From an uncultured Spirochaetota bacterium (lineage in GTDB: Bacteria; Spirochaetota; Spirochaetia; SZUA-6; Fen-1364), in contig CAVYIU010000009.1 in NCBI GenBank assembly GCA_963768665.1, positions 579,333 through 643,332 on the forward strand: a stretch of 64,000 bases of DNA, written 5' to 3'. Positions 44,009-56,619 of the stretch are shown in pieces. The notes under the pieces were generated by a model that saw only the letters and a list, made by a program, of their open reading frames with translations, did not search any database and was not told the origin of the DNA. How positions within the stretch are numbered: the first letter of the stretch is position 1; each line of letters starts with the position of its first letter. The translations under genes were made by a program, and so were the position numbers.

Positions 44009-47000
44009 TCATCGCAGGGTGACTCCCGTGTACGTGCCCTGGATATTGCTTTTCACCTCGGGCACAGCGTTCCATTGCACGAGGATCGAGAATGTCGGTG
44101 TCCATATGAACTCCTGCCTCCCATCAGCCGGGTTGGTGCGAAGCTGGGGAGATCCCTGGTATTGGACGTTGAGGTCCCAGTCGGGGAAATGCTGGGTCGC
44201 GCTCAGGGACAGGGTCTTGATCTTGAATCCCGACGTCTGGCGGGCTGCCGTATTGAAGAAGTCGAATGAGTTGGCGAGATCCTGAAGGGGGTTTACCCAC
44301 GCTTCACCGACCGCATTCGCCCAACCGGGGATATACCGGTACGTTGTGCTGTTGGTCGAAAGAGAGCTGAACGTAAGGTCCAGCGCCTTGAATATGTTGA
44401 GGTTGAGCGCGAGCGAGAAATCGAAGAGGTTGTTCGTGAAGTTCTGCAGGTTCAGGGCCCAATGCGTCTTCAAAGACAGGTCCATCTTGACCCGGTCCTT
44501 CCAGAACCACCGGGGATTGCTGGCTGTTTCATAGCCCAGTTTCGCCGTGTAGGGCAGGAGCCCAAGGGTTCCCCCGGGAACCAGGTTTCCAAGCCCGTCA
44601 ACCGGGAGCATCCACTGGCCGACGAAGCTCCCTGAGAACGGGCCGGCCTGAATGGTCGAGGTTGCGCGCTGCAGCGTCGCGCTCGCGATGTCGTACTGCA
44701 GTTCCTCCCCCCCTGAGAAACCGTTTCCAAAATCGAACCCAAGGCTGCCGATGACCGGCTGGTACACCACCCCGCCGCTGGCGGGCTGCGACAGCCCTGC
44801 CTGGAGCTTTGCCCTGAGCGGGCCGACACCCGCGGCCGCCGAGCCGCTCAACGTCGGCGCGAGGGGAGGCAGCTGTGCGGCAAGGGAAAAAGTGTCCGTC
44901 GTCGAAGGGAGATTCACGCCCAGCGATGCAGTCAGCGAATGCTCCGCTATCGTCCCGGGATTCCACGCCAGCACCGGCGCCACGAAGGCGGGTGTCGCCG
45001 TGGACACCTGGTCCCAGGCGAGCTGGTAGACGTTGACGCCAAGCCGGTAGAGAAGCGTGGACGAGGAAAGGGCAGTCAGGCCGAGAAACGGCCGTACCGT
45101 GGTCTGCAGGGTTGAGCGGAGGTTCAAGTGATCCTGCTGGAGGTCCTGTGTGATCAACGACTGCCAGTCCGCGGATCCCGCTTCGCTCTGCGAAGGGTCC
45201 AACCTGTCCCGCCACAGCGTGTCCGTGGTGAGCCCGAGACTGATGTCAGCAAGCCTGTCCCACAGGGAAGCCGCGGCGGTGAGGCTCGTTGTGCCGCCCG
45301 CCTCCAGCGTCCGGTAGAGGATGCCGTAGTCGACCGCTTCGAGGCTCGTCCAGTTCGTCGTGTCGAAGGTGTGTTCGAGCGTGGTGTGCGGCTGAACCTG
45401 GTAAGAGATCTCGAGAGTCGAAGCGCCGCCCGCCGATGGTGCAGGGAGGTCAGGCTGCGGCGTCGGTATCCGGATGGGGACGCGGACCGCGGCTGCGGCG
45501 GCGGGCTTTCGCTGGGGAGGGGCGAGCGGGAAGCGAACGCCCTTCCCGGGGTCAGGGGACGGAGAGGGCGCGGGCGCAGTCGAGGGGACGGCCGCGGCCG
45601 GCGGTGGAGCCGTGGCCACGGTCGCCGCGGGATTCGCGGGCGCAGGCAGCGGGGCGGCAGCGGGAACGGCGGCCGGACGGCGGGGCGGCAACCGCAGGGG
45701 CTCCGGAAGTGGCAGCAGCAGGCGCTGCCGCGGAGGTCGAAGCCGTGCCGGCCTTCGGCCCGGCCTGTGGAGAGGCAGCCGGCGCGACGGACTTGCTGGC
45801 CGTGGCCGGAAGCTTCAGGAGGTCACCGGAGAGTGAAAACGTTATGTTGGGAGCCGTGATGCTCGTCGGGAAGTAGAACGAGCTCCCCGGGTCGTATTGC
45901 TGGACGAAATTGAGGGCGCTCGTTGCCGGCGTATAGCTTTGCCATGCCATGTGCGCTCCGATGACGGGAAAGCTGAGGCTCTGGGCGTAGGGCGAATTGA
46001 TCAGCCGGGAAAAATCCAGGCGCCCCGAGAGGTCCCACGAGAGGTTGGTCTGCGCGGGTATGGTCGTTGTGGCAGTTGTCGGTGAAGCGAGGTTGGCGAG
46101 GATACCGGCCTCAGAGCGGTTGTAGAAGTCGCTCGGGAACGACCGGGTTGGAGTAGTACTGGAACGCGCCGTTGAGGGCGTAGGGGCCGCCGGCGACGTT
46201 CACCGTGCCGTCAACGCCGTAGCGGAACGGCACCGTGAGTCCGAACAGTGACGAGTCGTTGGATACGGATTGGCCCAGCTCGTACCCCGGGACTTCCACC
46301 GGCAGGTAAGGGGTGTACAGTCCCCCGGTCACCGGATCCTGAAAAATGTCGCGGGAGAAGGCGATACCCGTGCGGAAAGTGCCGAACGACGCGAAGTTCC
46401 CTGCCACTCCCCCGTACACGCCCAGCCTCGAGTAGACGTCAAGCAGGACCTTCAGGGTGTCCTTGCTCTCCGCCTTCGTCGGGAGGGACGGCACCTTCTT
46501 GAGAAAGAGGCCATCCGGCTCCAGCTTGTACCCTTCGCTTCCGGCGCTCGAGAGCTGGAGAAACGAGAACGGGGCGTCCTGCGCGGGCTTGCGGCCGAGC
46601 AGGTAGGTCGTCGTCTGCAGGTAGGAGCCCACCCGGCTCTGGTACCCGACGTTCGGGTTGAACATGAACTCTTCCCCTGGCCAGAAGAATCCCGGGAGGT
46701 AGAGCACCGGGACATTGCCCAGCATGAGAAGGGCATTCTGCGCGGCCCACTCGCCAGGGGCCAGGAGCCAGGCCGTCGATGCCTGGATTGAAAACAGCGG
46801 GTTCTCGGGCGTCGTCGAGGTCGTGATGATCCCCTTCTCCAATATCACCGTGTCGTTGGTGAGCCGGGTGATCGTCCGACCCTCGAAGGTGTACGGCACG
46901 TCCTTCCCGCTCCGGTTCATGACCCGCGACGTCTTCCCGTCGTAGAAAACCGCCTGAGAGGAGTCCAGGTCGAATGCAAGACTGTCCCCTGTGAACGTGT

Positions 47001-47540
47001 CGGTCTGCCCCCCGTGGGTGAGCGTGTAGGTGACATTGCCCACCGCGCTGACCGTGCGCCGGGTCTGGTTGTACGTGATGGATGCGGCGTTGATCACCTG
47101 CGTGCTGTCGTTCCCCGTGTCCTTGATCTCCAGGACGACGTCCCCGCGGAGCTCGAGGTACTTCTCCTTCGACGCGTCATCCGTGCGGTAGGCGGACTCC
47201 CGCGCCGACTTGATGGTGACCGTCTTCACGCCCGCCTTCGGGGCCGACGGCGGCAGCGCCATCCCGAAATGCGCTGCCAGCCGCGCCTGCAGGTCGGGTC
47301 GCGCGCCGGCGTCATCCAGGCCGAGCTGGAGGCACCAGGCGACCAGCTCGTAGTAGCTTGCCGTGGCGATATCCTGCGGGAGCGAGGAAGAGAGGAGCTC
47401 GTCGGAGGTTTTCGGGGCAACGGGCGGGGCTGCCGGGGCAGCAGGCGTTGCAGCCGCGGCGGGCGCGGGGGATTGCGCAGCCTGCTGGGCGCCGGCGGTG
47501 CCCGCGGAGAGAAGGAAAAGGAGCGCCAGGAGCGCCGCGA

Positions 47541-47544
<4 letters not shown>
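44009..47544 (-). CDS. lptD: Very large LptD/OstA-like outer-membrane protein (~1,178 aa; >=3 frameshifts at ~46110, ~45950, ~45690)
   Basis: Signal peptide MIAALLALLFLLSAGTAGAQQ. OstA-like N-terminal beta-jellyroll (YLELRGDVVLEIKDTGNDSTQVINAASITYNQTRRTVSAVGNVTYTL..GDSLAFDLDS). A long beta-strand-rich C-terminal region ends ..QGTYTGVTLR*. A Pro/Ala-rich linker lies at ~45480-45800. The family call is by architecture, not alignment. Confidence 0.6.
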
Positions 47545-50362
<2,818 letters not shown>

Positions 50363-50366
<4 letters not shown>

Positions 50367-50659
50367 TTTTTCGTTTTCTTCTCTTCTTTCGCGTCGTCCT
50401 CGGGAGCTTGCCCGCGGTCAGGCCTCCGTCTTGGGGAAGGAGGGAGATCGTCCTCCGACTCGCTCTCCTCCCGGGGCGGCTTCGCGGGCGCCTTCCTTGC
50501 CGCTCCCCGCCCGGCGGCCGGGCGCGCGTGAACGGGCCTGCGCACCGGGGATCGAGCCGAGGCCACGAAGAAGACGAGGGGCAGGAGGAACATGAGCAGC
50601 AGGCACGAGGCGATCACTTGCCACGACGAGAGGATGTGGAGGAACTGGCCGGATTCCAT
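50363..50659 (-). CDS. Small membrane protein with acidic/basic tail, unknown function
   Basis: Intact 98-aa ORF with one TM ([19 protein letters not shown]). The stop overlaps the uvrA start. Confidence 0.4.
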
Positions 50660-50734
50660 CGCGCAATACTAACGTCGCGCCGGTGCGCTTTCAAGCCTCG
50701 CCGCGCGCAGCGTGCACGCCCCGCGGCGCCACGC

Positions 50735-51046
50735 TCACGACTTCAGTGTCACGATCGTCTTTCCGAATCCGCCTTCTTCCGGCGCAGAGAAGCGGAAGTC
50801 GCTCACGGCCTCAAGCCCGCGGAGGTAAGCGTGCACCGCCGTGCGAAGCCTGCCTTCTCCCTTGCCGTGCACAATGGCAAACTCGTGCAGGCCATGGAGC
50901 AGGGCGCTGTCGAGCTGTTTCTCCACCATGCGCATCGCCTCCTCGACCCGCATGCCGAGGATGTGCAGCTCCAGGACAGGAGGATCGACGGGCCCGGCCT
51001 GCGTGAAGCTGACGGAGAGGGGCGACGCCGGGTGAGCCCTCCGCAT
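50735..51046 (-). CDS. mutS2: Smr (small MutS-related) nuclease domain. Probably the 3' end of mutS2 whose 5' ~2 kb is missing at the junction; a stand-alone Smr protein cannot be excluded.
   Basis: ELHILGMRVEEAMRMVEKQLDSALLHGLHEFAIVHGKGEGRLRTAVHAYLRGLEAVSDFRFSAPEEGGFGKTIVTLKS matches the Smr pattern (LDLRG.R.EEA / HGKG.G.LR). No MutS ATPase region lies upstream. Confidence 0.7.
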   Translation of the reverse strand: MRRAHPASPLSVSFTQAGPVDPPVLELHILGMRVEEAMRMVEKQLDSALLHGLHEFAIVHGKGEGRLRTAVHAYLRGLEAVSDFRFSAPEEGGFGKTIVTLKS

Positions 51047-51191
51047 TCGCCGGCGGATACGGTGAAGCTGCGTTGCTCCAGGAGGTTGGGCCAGCCGGTG
51101 CAGGAATCACTGGTTGTCCTCCACGATCAGCAAAAGATCGCTCGCTGGGTAGCTCTCCTATTGATTTGGCGACGTCGTTCACTGACCGCAT
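51041..51191 (-). pseudogene. regR: 5' fragment (~50 codons) of a RegR/RegA/ActR-type response regulator, truncated at the lineage junction, with one frameshift and an in-frame TGA
   Basis: ATG 51191 lies 18 nt after the regS stop. MRSVNDVAKSIGELPSE / DLLLIVEDNQ*FLHRLAQ / LEQRSFTVSAGE parallels the recalled RegR start (..SLLIVEDDKPFLERL..ME.RGF.V). The receiver domain stops being recognisable at ~51045. Confidence 0.65.
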
Positions 51192-51209
51192 CCACGCTGT
51201 TGCCCTTGC

Positions 51210-52635
51210 TCAATTGCAGTTATCCCTTAACACCAAGAGATAGGTACGTTTCGACTTTACCCCCAGAATCGGCGCCTGGGAGGTTAACGGCCGCTCGAAC
51301 TCGTTGCGGGGCCAGCGCACCGTGATCATGGCGCCAGCGTCCGGGCGCCGAGCGGTTCTCGAAGCTGAGCGTGGCGCCGGAGCGCTCGAGCAGGGTCTTG
51401 GCGATGAAAAAGCCCAAGCCCGAGTCCGAGACCGGCGTCTCGTCGTCGTTGCGTCGGATCGCGCCGGCGGCTGGTGACATAAGGCTCGCCGATGCGGTCC
51501 ATGATGTCCGGCGCAAAGCCCGGGCCGTCGTCGCCGATGGTCACCTCGACGGTCGTCGTCGTTCCACTGCGCGCCGACCACCACGCGTTCGCGGGCGAAG
51601 TCGACGGCATTTTCCAACAGATTGCCGAGGCCGTAGAGGATCGCCGGATTGCGCGCGCCGACCGGCTCGGCGCTGCGCGTCGGGCGGCACGGTCACGTCG
51701 ATGGCGACGCCGAAATTGCGATGCGGCGCCACCACCTCCTCGATCAGCGCCGACAGCGGCGTGCGGTCGAACGGCTCGCCGCTCGCCGACAATTCGGTGA
51801 GCTTGGCCAGGATATCGCGGCAGCGCGTGCGCCTGCTCGCGCAGCAGCCGCACGTCGTCGCCATGCGGCGCGTCGGCGGCATCGCGTTCTCCAGTTCCTT
51901 GGCGATCACCGAGATGGTCGACAGCGGCGTGCCGAGCTCGTGCGCGGCGGCGGCGGCCAGTCCGTCGAGCTGCGAGAGATGCTGCTCGCGCGCCAGCACC
52001 AGTTCGGTGGCGGCCAGCGCGTCGGCGAGCTGGCGCGATTCCTCGGTGATCTGCCAGGCGTAGACGCCGATGAAGCCGATCGCGAGCAGGATCGAGAGCC
52101 AGACGCCGATCATGTAGATCGGCGGCAGTTGCAGCGGATCGTCGTTGTCCCAGGGCAGCGGATAATGCGCGAACACCAGCACGGTCGCGCAGGCCACCGC
52201 GAAGGCGCCGAGCATCAGCGTGAAGCGCGGCGGCAGCGCGGTCGCCGACAGCAGCACCGGGCCGAGGAACAGGAAGGCGAACGGGTTCTGCAGTCCGCCG
52301 GTCAGGAACAGCAGCACCGCCAGTTCGACGATGTCGAAGGCGAGCAGCCAGGCGGCGCGGTCGGGCTCCAGCCGCTGCGTCATGTGGAAGCGCAGGCGCA
52401 GCGCAATGTTGAGCCAGGCCGACAGCGCGATCACGGCGAGGCAGGCCCAGATCGGCAGCTTGAAATCGAGCCCGAAATGGACCACCAGCACGGCGGTGGT
52501 CTGGCCGATGATGGCGAGCCAGCGCAGCCGCACCAGCGTGTCGAGACGCACATTGCGGCGCGGATGATGTCTGGCTGAGGCCGAGCGGAAGGCATGGGCG
52601 GCAGTGTAACGCTGCGCCGGGCCGCGTTCAAACAT
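51210..52635 (-). CDS. regS: Redox-sensing histidine kinase RegS/RegB/PrrB family (>=4 frameshifts in kinase half)
   Basis: Six TM helices including the conserved quinone-site heptapeptide GGLQNPF. H-box [16 protein letters not shown] boxes: [45 protein letters not shown]. Start taken at MFERGPAQ (52635). Confidence 0.8.
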
Positions 52636-52702
52636 GGCGGATGCCGCCGAAACGTGCAGGGCTTGCGCTTCGCGCGGCGCGAGCGTCACATCTTGCCTCG
52701 CA

Positions 52703-53471
52703 ATGGACGCGCAGTACACCTCAGCCATTGCCGTCGATCGCCTGGTCAAGCTCTACAAGGGCGCGGCGCGCGGTCGACGGCATTTCGTTTCGCCTGCCGC
52801 CCGGCTCGATCACCGGGCTGCTCGGCGGCAACGGCGCCGGCAAGACCACCACCATCGCCATGATCATGGGCTTGGTCACGCCGACCTCCGGCACGCGTCG
52901 CGCGTGCTGGGCGCGCAGATGCCGAGAGAGCGCTACCGCGTCCTGCACCGGATGAATTTCGAAAGCCCCTATGTCGACATGCCGATGCGGCTGACGGTGC
53001 GGCAGAACCTGTCGGTGTTCGCCCAGCTTTATGCGGTCGCCGATATCGAGGAACGCATCGCCGAGTCTCGCCGCCGAACTCGATCTCACCGAGTTCCTCG
53101 ACCGGCCGACCGGCAAGCTGTCGGCCGGGCAGAAGACCCGCGTCTCGCTCGCCAAGGCGCTGCTCAACCGGCCGGAAGTGCTGCTGCTCGACGAGCCGAC
53201 GGCTTCGCTCGATCCCGACACCGCCGACTGGGTGCGCGGCCGGCTCGAGCGCTATCGCATCGAGCACGGCGCGACCGTGCTGCTCGCCTCGCACAACATG
53301 ACCGAGGTCGAGCGGCTGTGCGAGCGCGTCATCATCATGAAGAAGGGCCGCATCGAGGACGACGACACGCCGCGAGCGGCTGCTCGCCCGCTACGGCCGC
53401 GCAGACGCTGGAAGAGGTGTTCCTCGACGTCGCGCGCGGCCGCGGCACAGCATCGCGAGGCCGCGCAATGA
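52703..53471 (+). CDS. ABC transporter ATP-binding protein (ABC-2 exporter type) (>=4 frameshifts)
   Basis: [20 protein letters not shown], Walker [14 protein letters not shown], signature LSAGQKTRV, Walker [12 protein letters not shown] and H-loop LLASHNM. The stop overlaps the permease start (ATGA). Confidence 0.85.
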
Positions 53472-54287
53472 ACGGCGGCGACGCCGGCATGAACTTTTCG
53501 CTCAATCGCGTCTCCGCCATGGTGCGGCGCTATTGGTATCTGCTGCGCTCGTCGTGGCCGCGCATCCTCGACCTGATCTATTGGCCGACCGTGCAGATGC
53601 TGATGTGGGGCTTCCTGCAGCTTTACGTCTCGCAGCAACGGCGGCTTGTTCGCGCGCGCCGGCGGCGTTTTCATCGGCGCGGTGCTGCTGTGGGACATTC
53701 TGTTCCGCGGCCAGCTCGGATTTTCAATTTCGTTTCTCGAGGAAATGTACGCGCACAATCTCGGCAACCTGATGATGTCGCCGTTGCGGCCGGTCGAATT
53801 CATCGCCGCGCTGATGATCATGAGCATGGTGCGGCTGTCGATCGGCATGGTGCCGGTGAGCTTCCTCGCCATCGCGTTCTTCGGCTTCAATCTGTGGTCG
53901 CTGGGGTTCGCGCTCGCGGCCTTCTTCGTCAATTTGATTTTGACCAGCTGGTCGATCGGCATCTTCGTCGCCGGCCTGCTGTTGCGGAACGGCATAGGCG
54001 CGGAGAGTCTGGCCTGGACCATCATGTTCTTGTTCTTGCCGCTCACCTGCGTCTATTACCCGGTGGCAGTGTTGCCCGGCTTCCTGCAGTACGTGGCTTG
54101 GTCGCTGCCGCCGACCTACGTTTTCGAAGGCATGCGCGCCCTGCTGATCGACCATGTGTTTCGCGCCGACCTGATGGTTGAAGCGTTTATCTTCAATCTG
54201 ATTCTCTTCGCAGCTGCGTCGCTGGCCTTTTTGAAGCTTTTGCAGAGCGCGCGCGTTCAGGGCTCGCTGCTGCAGACTGGTGAATAG
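53468..54287 (+). CDS. ABC-2 type transporter permease (1 frameshift ~53640)
   Basis: [49 protein letters not shown].. joins the 213-aa ORF 53646-54287, which carries 5 further TM helices. Confidence 0.8.
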
Positions 54288-54373
54288 TCTGTAAAACCCC
54301 TTGTCATTACGTGATTTTTAGACAGTTCCTGTCTATAAGGCTGAGCATTAGGACATCTACGTATGTTGACCTC

Positions 54374-55799
54374 ATGACGGAAAAGCGACACTCTGCTGCG
54401 GTGCAGCAAGGGCCGGGGAACGAAGAAGAAGCAACGCCGATTGGCGAATTCGACGGAGCAGCGCGTCTGCCCGGCGACGCCGCTGGTTTGCTCGCGACTC
54501 CGTTATACTGGCTTTATGAGATGGGTCACGCTGCGCTCGATCCGGCGCGCGCCTTCGCCGACGCAACGCGGCTGTTCTATCGCAACCCGGCCAATCCGAT
54601 CGCGCACACCACCTTCGGCAAGTCGATGGCCGCAAGCCTGGAAGTGTTCGAGCGCGTGACGCGCCGTTACGGCCGTCCGGAGTGGCAGATCGAGTCCACC
54701 GTTGTTGGCGCCGAACGCGTGCCGGTCCACATCAACACGGTGTGGGAGCGTCCGTTCTGCCGGCTGTTGCATTTCGAACGCGCCTTCGATCGCGCGCCGC
54801 GCCGCCCGCAACCCAAGAATTCTGCTCGTGGCACCGATGTCGGGTCACTACGCGACCTTGTTGCGCGGTACGGTCGAGGCCTTCCTGCCCAACCATGACG
54901 TCTACATCACCGACTGGCAGAGCGCGCGCACGGTGCCGCTCGCAGAAGGTCGCTTCGATCTCGACGATTACATCGAATACATCATCTCGATGCTCCACAT
55001 GCTCGGCGGCGATGCGCATGTGGTCGCCGTGTGCCAGCCTTCGGTGCCGGTGATGGCGGCGGTGTCGATAATGGAGGCCGACAAGGACCCGTACGTACCG
55101 CATTCAATGGTTCTGATGGGCGGGCCGATCGACACCCGCATCCACTCCAACGCGGTCAACAAGCTTGCCGAATCGCGCGGGCTCGAATGGTTCCACAATC
55201 ACGTCATCACCAAGGTGCCGTTCCCGCATCCGGGTTTCATGCGCGACGTCTATCCGGGGTTCCTGCAGCTGCATGGCTTCATCAGCATGAACCTTGATCG
55301 CCACATCGACGCACACCACAGTCTGTTCATGCATCTGGTCAAAGGCGACGGCGATTCGGCGCAGAAGCATCGCGAGTTCTACGACGAATATCTCGCGGTC
55401 ATGGATTTGTCCGCCGAGTTCTATTTGCAGACTGTCGACACGGTGTTCATCAAGCATTTGCTGCCGAAGGGTGAGATGACCTATCGCGGCCGGCCGGTCG
55501 ATCCGGCGCAAATCAAGCGCGTGGCCTTGATGACGGTCGAAGGCGAGTTTGACGATATTTCCGCGGTCGGGCAGACCGAGGCGTCGCATCGGCTGTGCGC
55601 GAATATTCCGGCCGAGAACAAGGCGCATTACCTGCAGCCGGGCGTCGGCCATTACGGGGTGTTCAACGGCTCGCGCTTCCGCGCCGAAATCGCGCCGCGT
55701 ATTTCCGATTTCGTGCTGTCGCACAACAGCCGGCGCAGTCACCACGGCACCGGCGCCGCGCATCTCGCCGTCGTCAAGCCGGCAACCGTCAAGCACTGA
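54374..55799 (+). CDS. phaZ: Intracellular polyhydroxyalkanoate (PHB) depolymerase PhaZ (1 frameshift ~54820)
   Basis: ~474 aa reconstructed: LYWLYEMGHAALDPARAFADATRLFYRNPANP.., ILLVAPMSGHYATLLRGTVEAFLPNHDVYITDW, VVAVCQPSVPV, MVLMGGPIDTR, YPGFLQLHGFISMN, GHYGVFNG. This is the typical alphaproteobacterial intracellular depolymerase family. Confidence 0.8.
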
Positions 55800-55857
55800 T
55801 CTCGCGCGCACGCGCCCATTTGTGCCACACTGACCCGGAACCGATTCTGGGTTGACG

Positions 55858-56619
55858 ATGTCACTCCCGCTGCGCGCGCTGCTGTTCCGCCGGACAGCCG
55901 AGCCGACCACGATCAGCATCGCCTTCGATCGCGAGGTCTATCTGGTGCGCGTGCGCCGCCACGCGCAGGCGCGTCGCTACACGTTGCGCGTCCATGCCGC
56001 CACCCGCGAGATCGTGCTGACGATGCCGCCGCGCGGCAGCCTGAAGCAGGCGCGCGAATTCGCCGAAAAGCACGGCGGCTGGATCGCGGCGCGGCTCAAA
56101 TGTCTGCCGCAGTCCGCGCCCTTTGCCGACGGCACGCTGCTGCCGCTGCGCGGAACCCATCACCGCATCGTGCATCGGCGTGACGCGCGTGGGACCGTGT
56201 GGACCGAGGGCGAAGGTGAGGAAAGGCTGCTGTGCGTTGCCGGCCAAGCGCCGCACGTGCCGCGCCGGATGCGCGATTTCCTCAAACGCGAGGCCAAGCG
56301 CGACCTCGAGGCGGCCAGCCGCCGCGCGGCCGAAGCGCTCGCCGTCAGGATCAAGCGCGTATCGATCCGCGATCAATCGAGCCGCTGGGGGTCCTGCTCG
56401 ACCACCGGCGTGTTGTCCTATTCGTGGCGACTGATCCTGGCGCCCCCGTTTGTCCTGGACTATCTCGCGGTCCATGAGGTCGCCCATCTGATCGAGATGA
56501 ACCACAGTCGCGCCTTTTGGCGGCTGGTCGAACGCATCTGCCCGGACATGGATAAAGCGAAGGCCTGGCTCGATGCGCATGGCGCCGAGTTGCATCGCTA
56601 CGGCATGCAGGACGCTTGA
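55858..56619 (+). CDS. YgjP/DUF45 (M48-like) zinc metallopeptidase
   Basis: Intact. HExxH in LAVHEVAHLIEMNHSRAFW and SRWGSCS upstream. Start ATG 55858 (TTG 55852 is also possible). Confidence 0.8.
   Translation: MSLPLRALLFRRTAEPTTISIAFDREVYLVRVRRHAQARRYTLRVHAATREIVLTMPPRGSLKQAREFAEKHGGWIAARLKCLPQSAPFADGTLLPLRGTHHRIVHRRDARGTVWTEGEGEERLLCVAGQAPHVPRRMRDFLKREAKRDLEAASRRAAEALAVRIKRVSIRDQSSRWGSCSTTGVLSYSWRLILAPPFVLDYLAVHEVAHLIEMNHSRAFWRLVERICPDMDKAKAWLDAHGAELHRYGMQDA

Noticed and set aside
51041-51191. In-frame TGA inside the regR fragment (..LLLIVEDNQ*FLHRLAQ..), considered as a possible selenocysteine or read-through site.
   Set aside because: The codon sits where homologues have ordinary residues (recalled ..EDDKPFLERL..). 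No SECIS-like hairpin follows it. The fragment is also frameshifted and truncated. A sequence error in a noisy contig is far more likely.
51000-51215. The junction interpreted as a genuine inter-phylum horizontal transfer or genomic island boundary.
   Set aside because: regR is cut within its coding sequence, and probably mutS2 as well. No integrase, transposase, tRNA, att-like repeats or spacer are present. The same block-wise indel noise affects both sides. All of this fits an assembly or binning artefact better.
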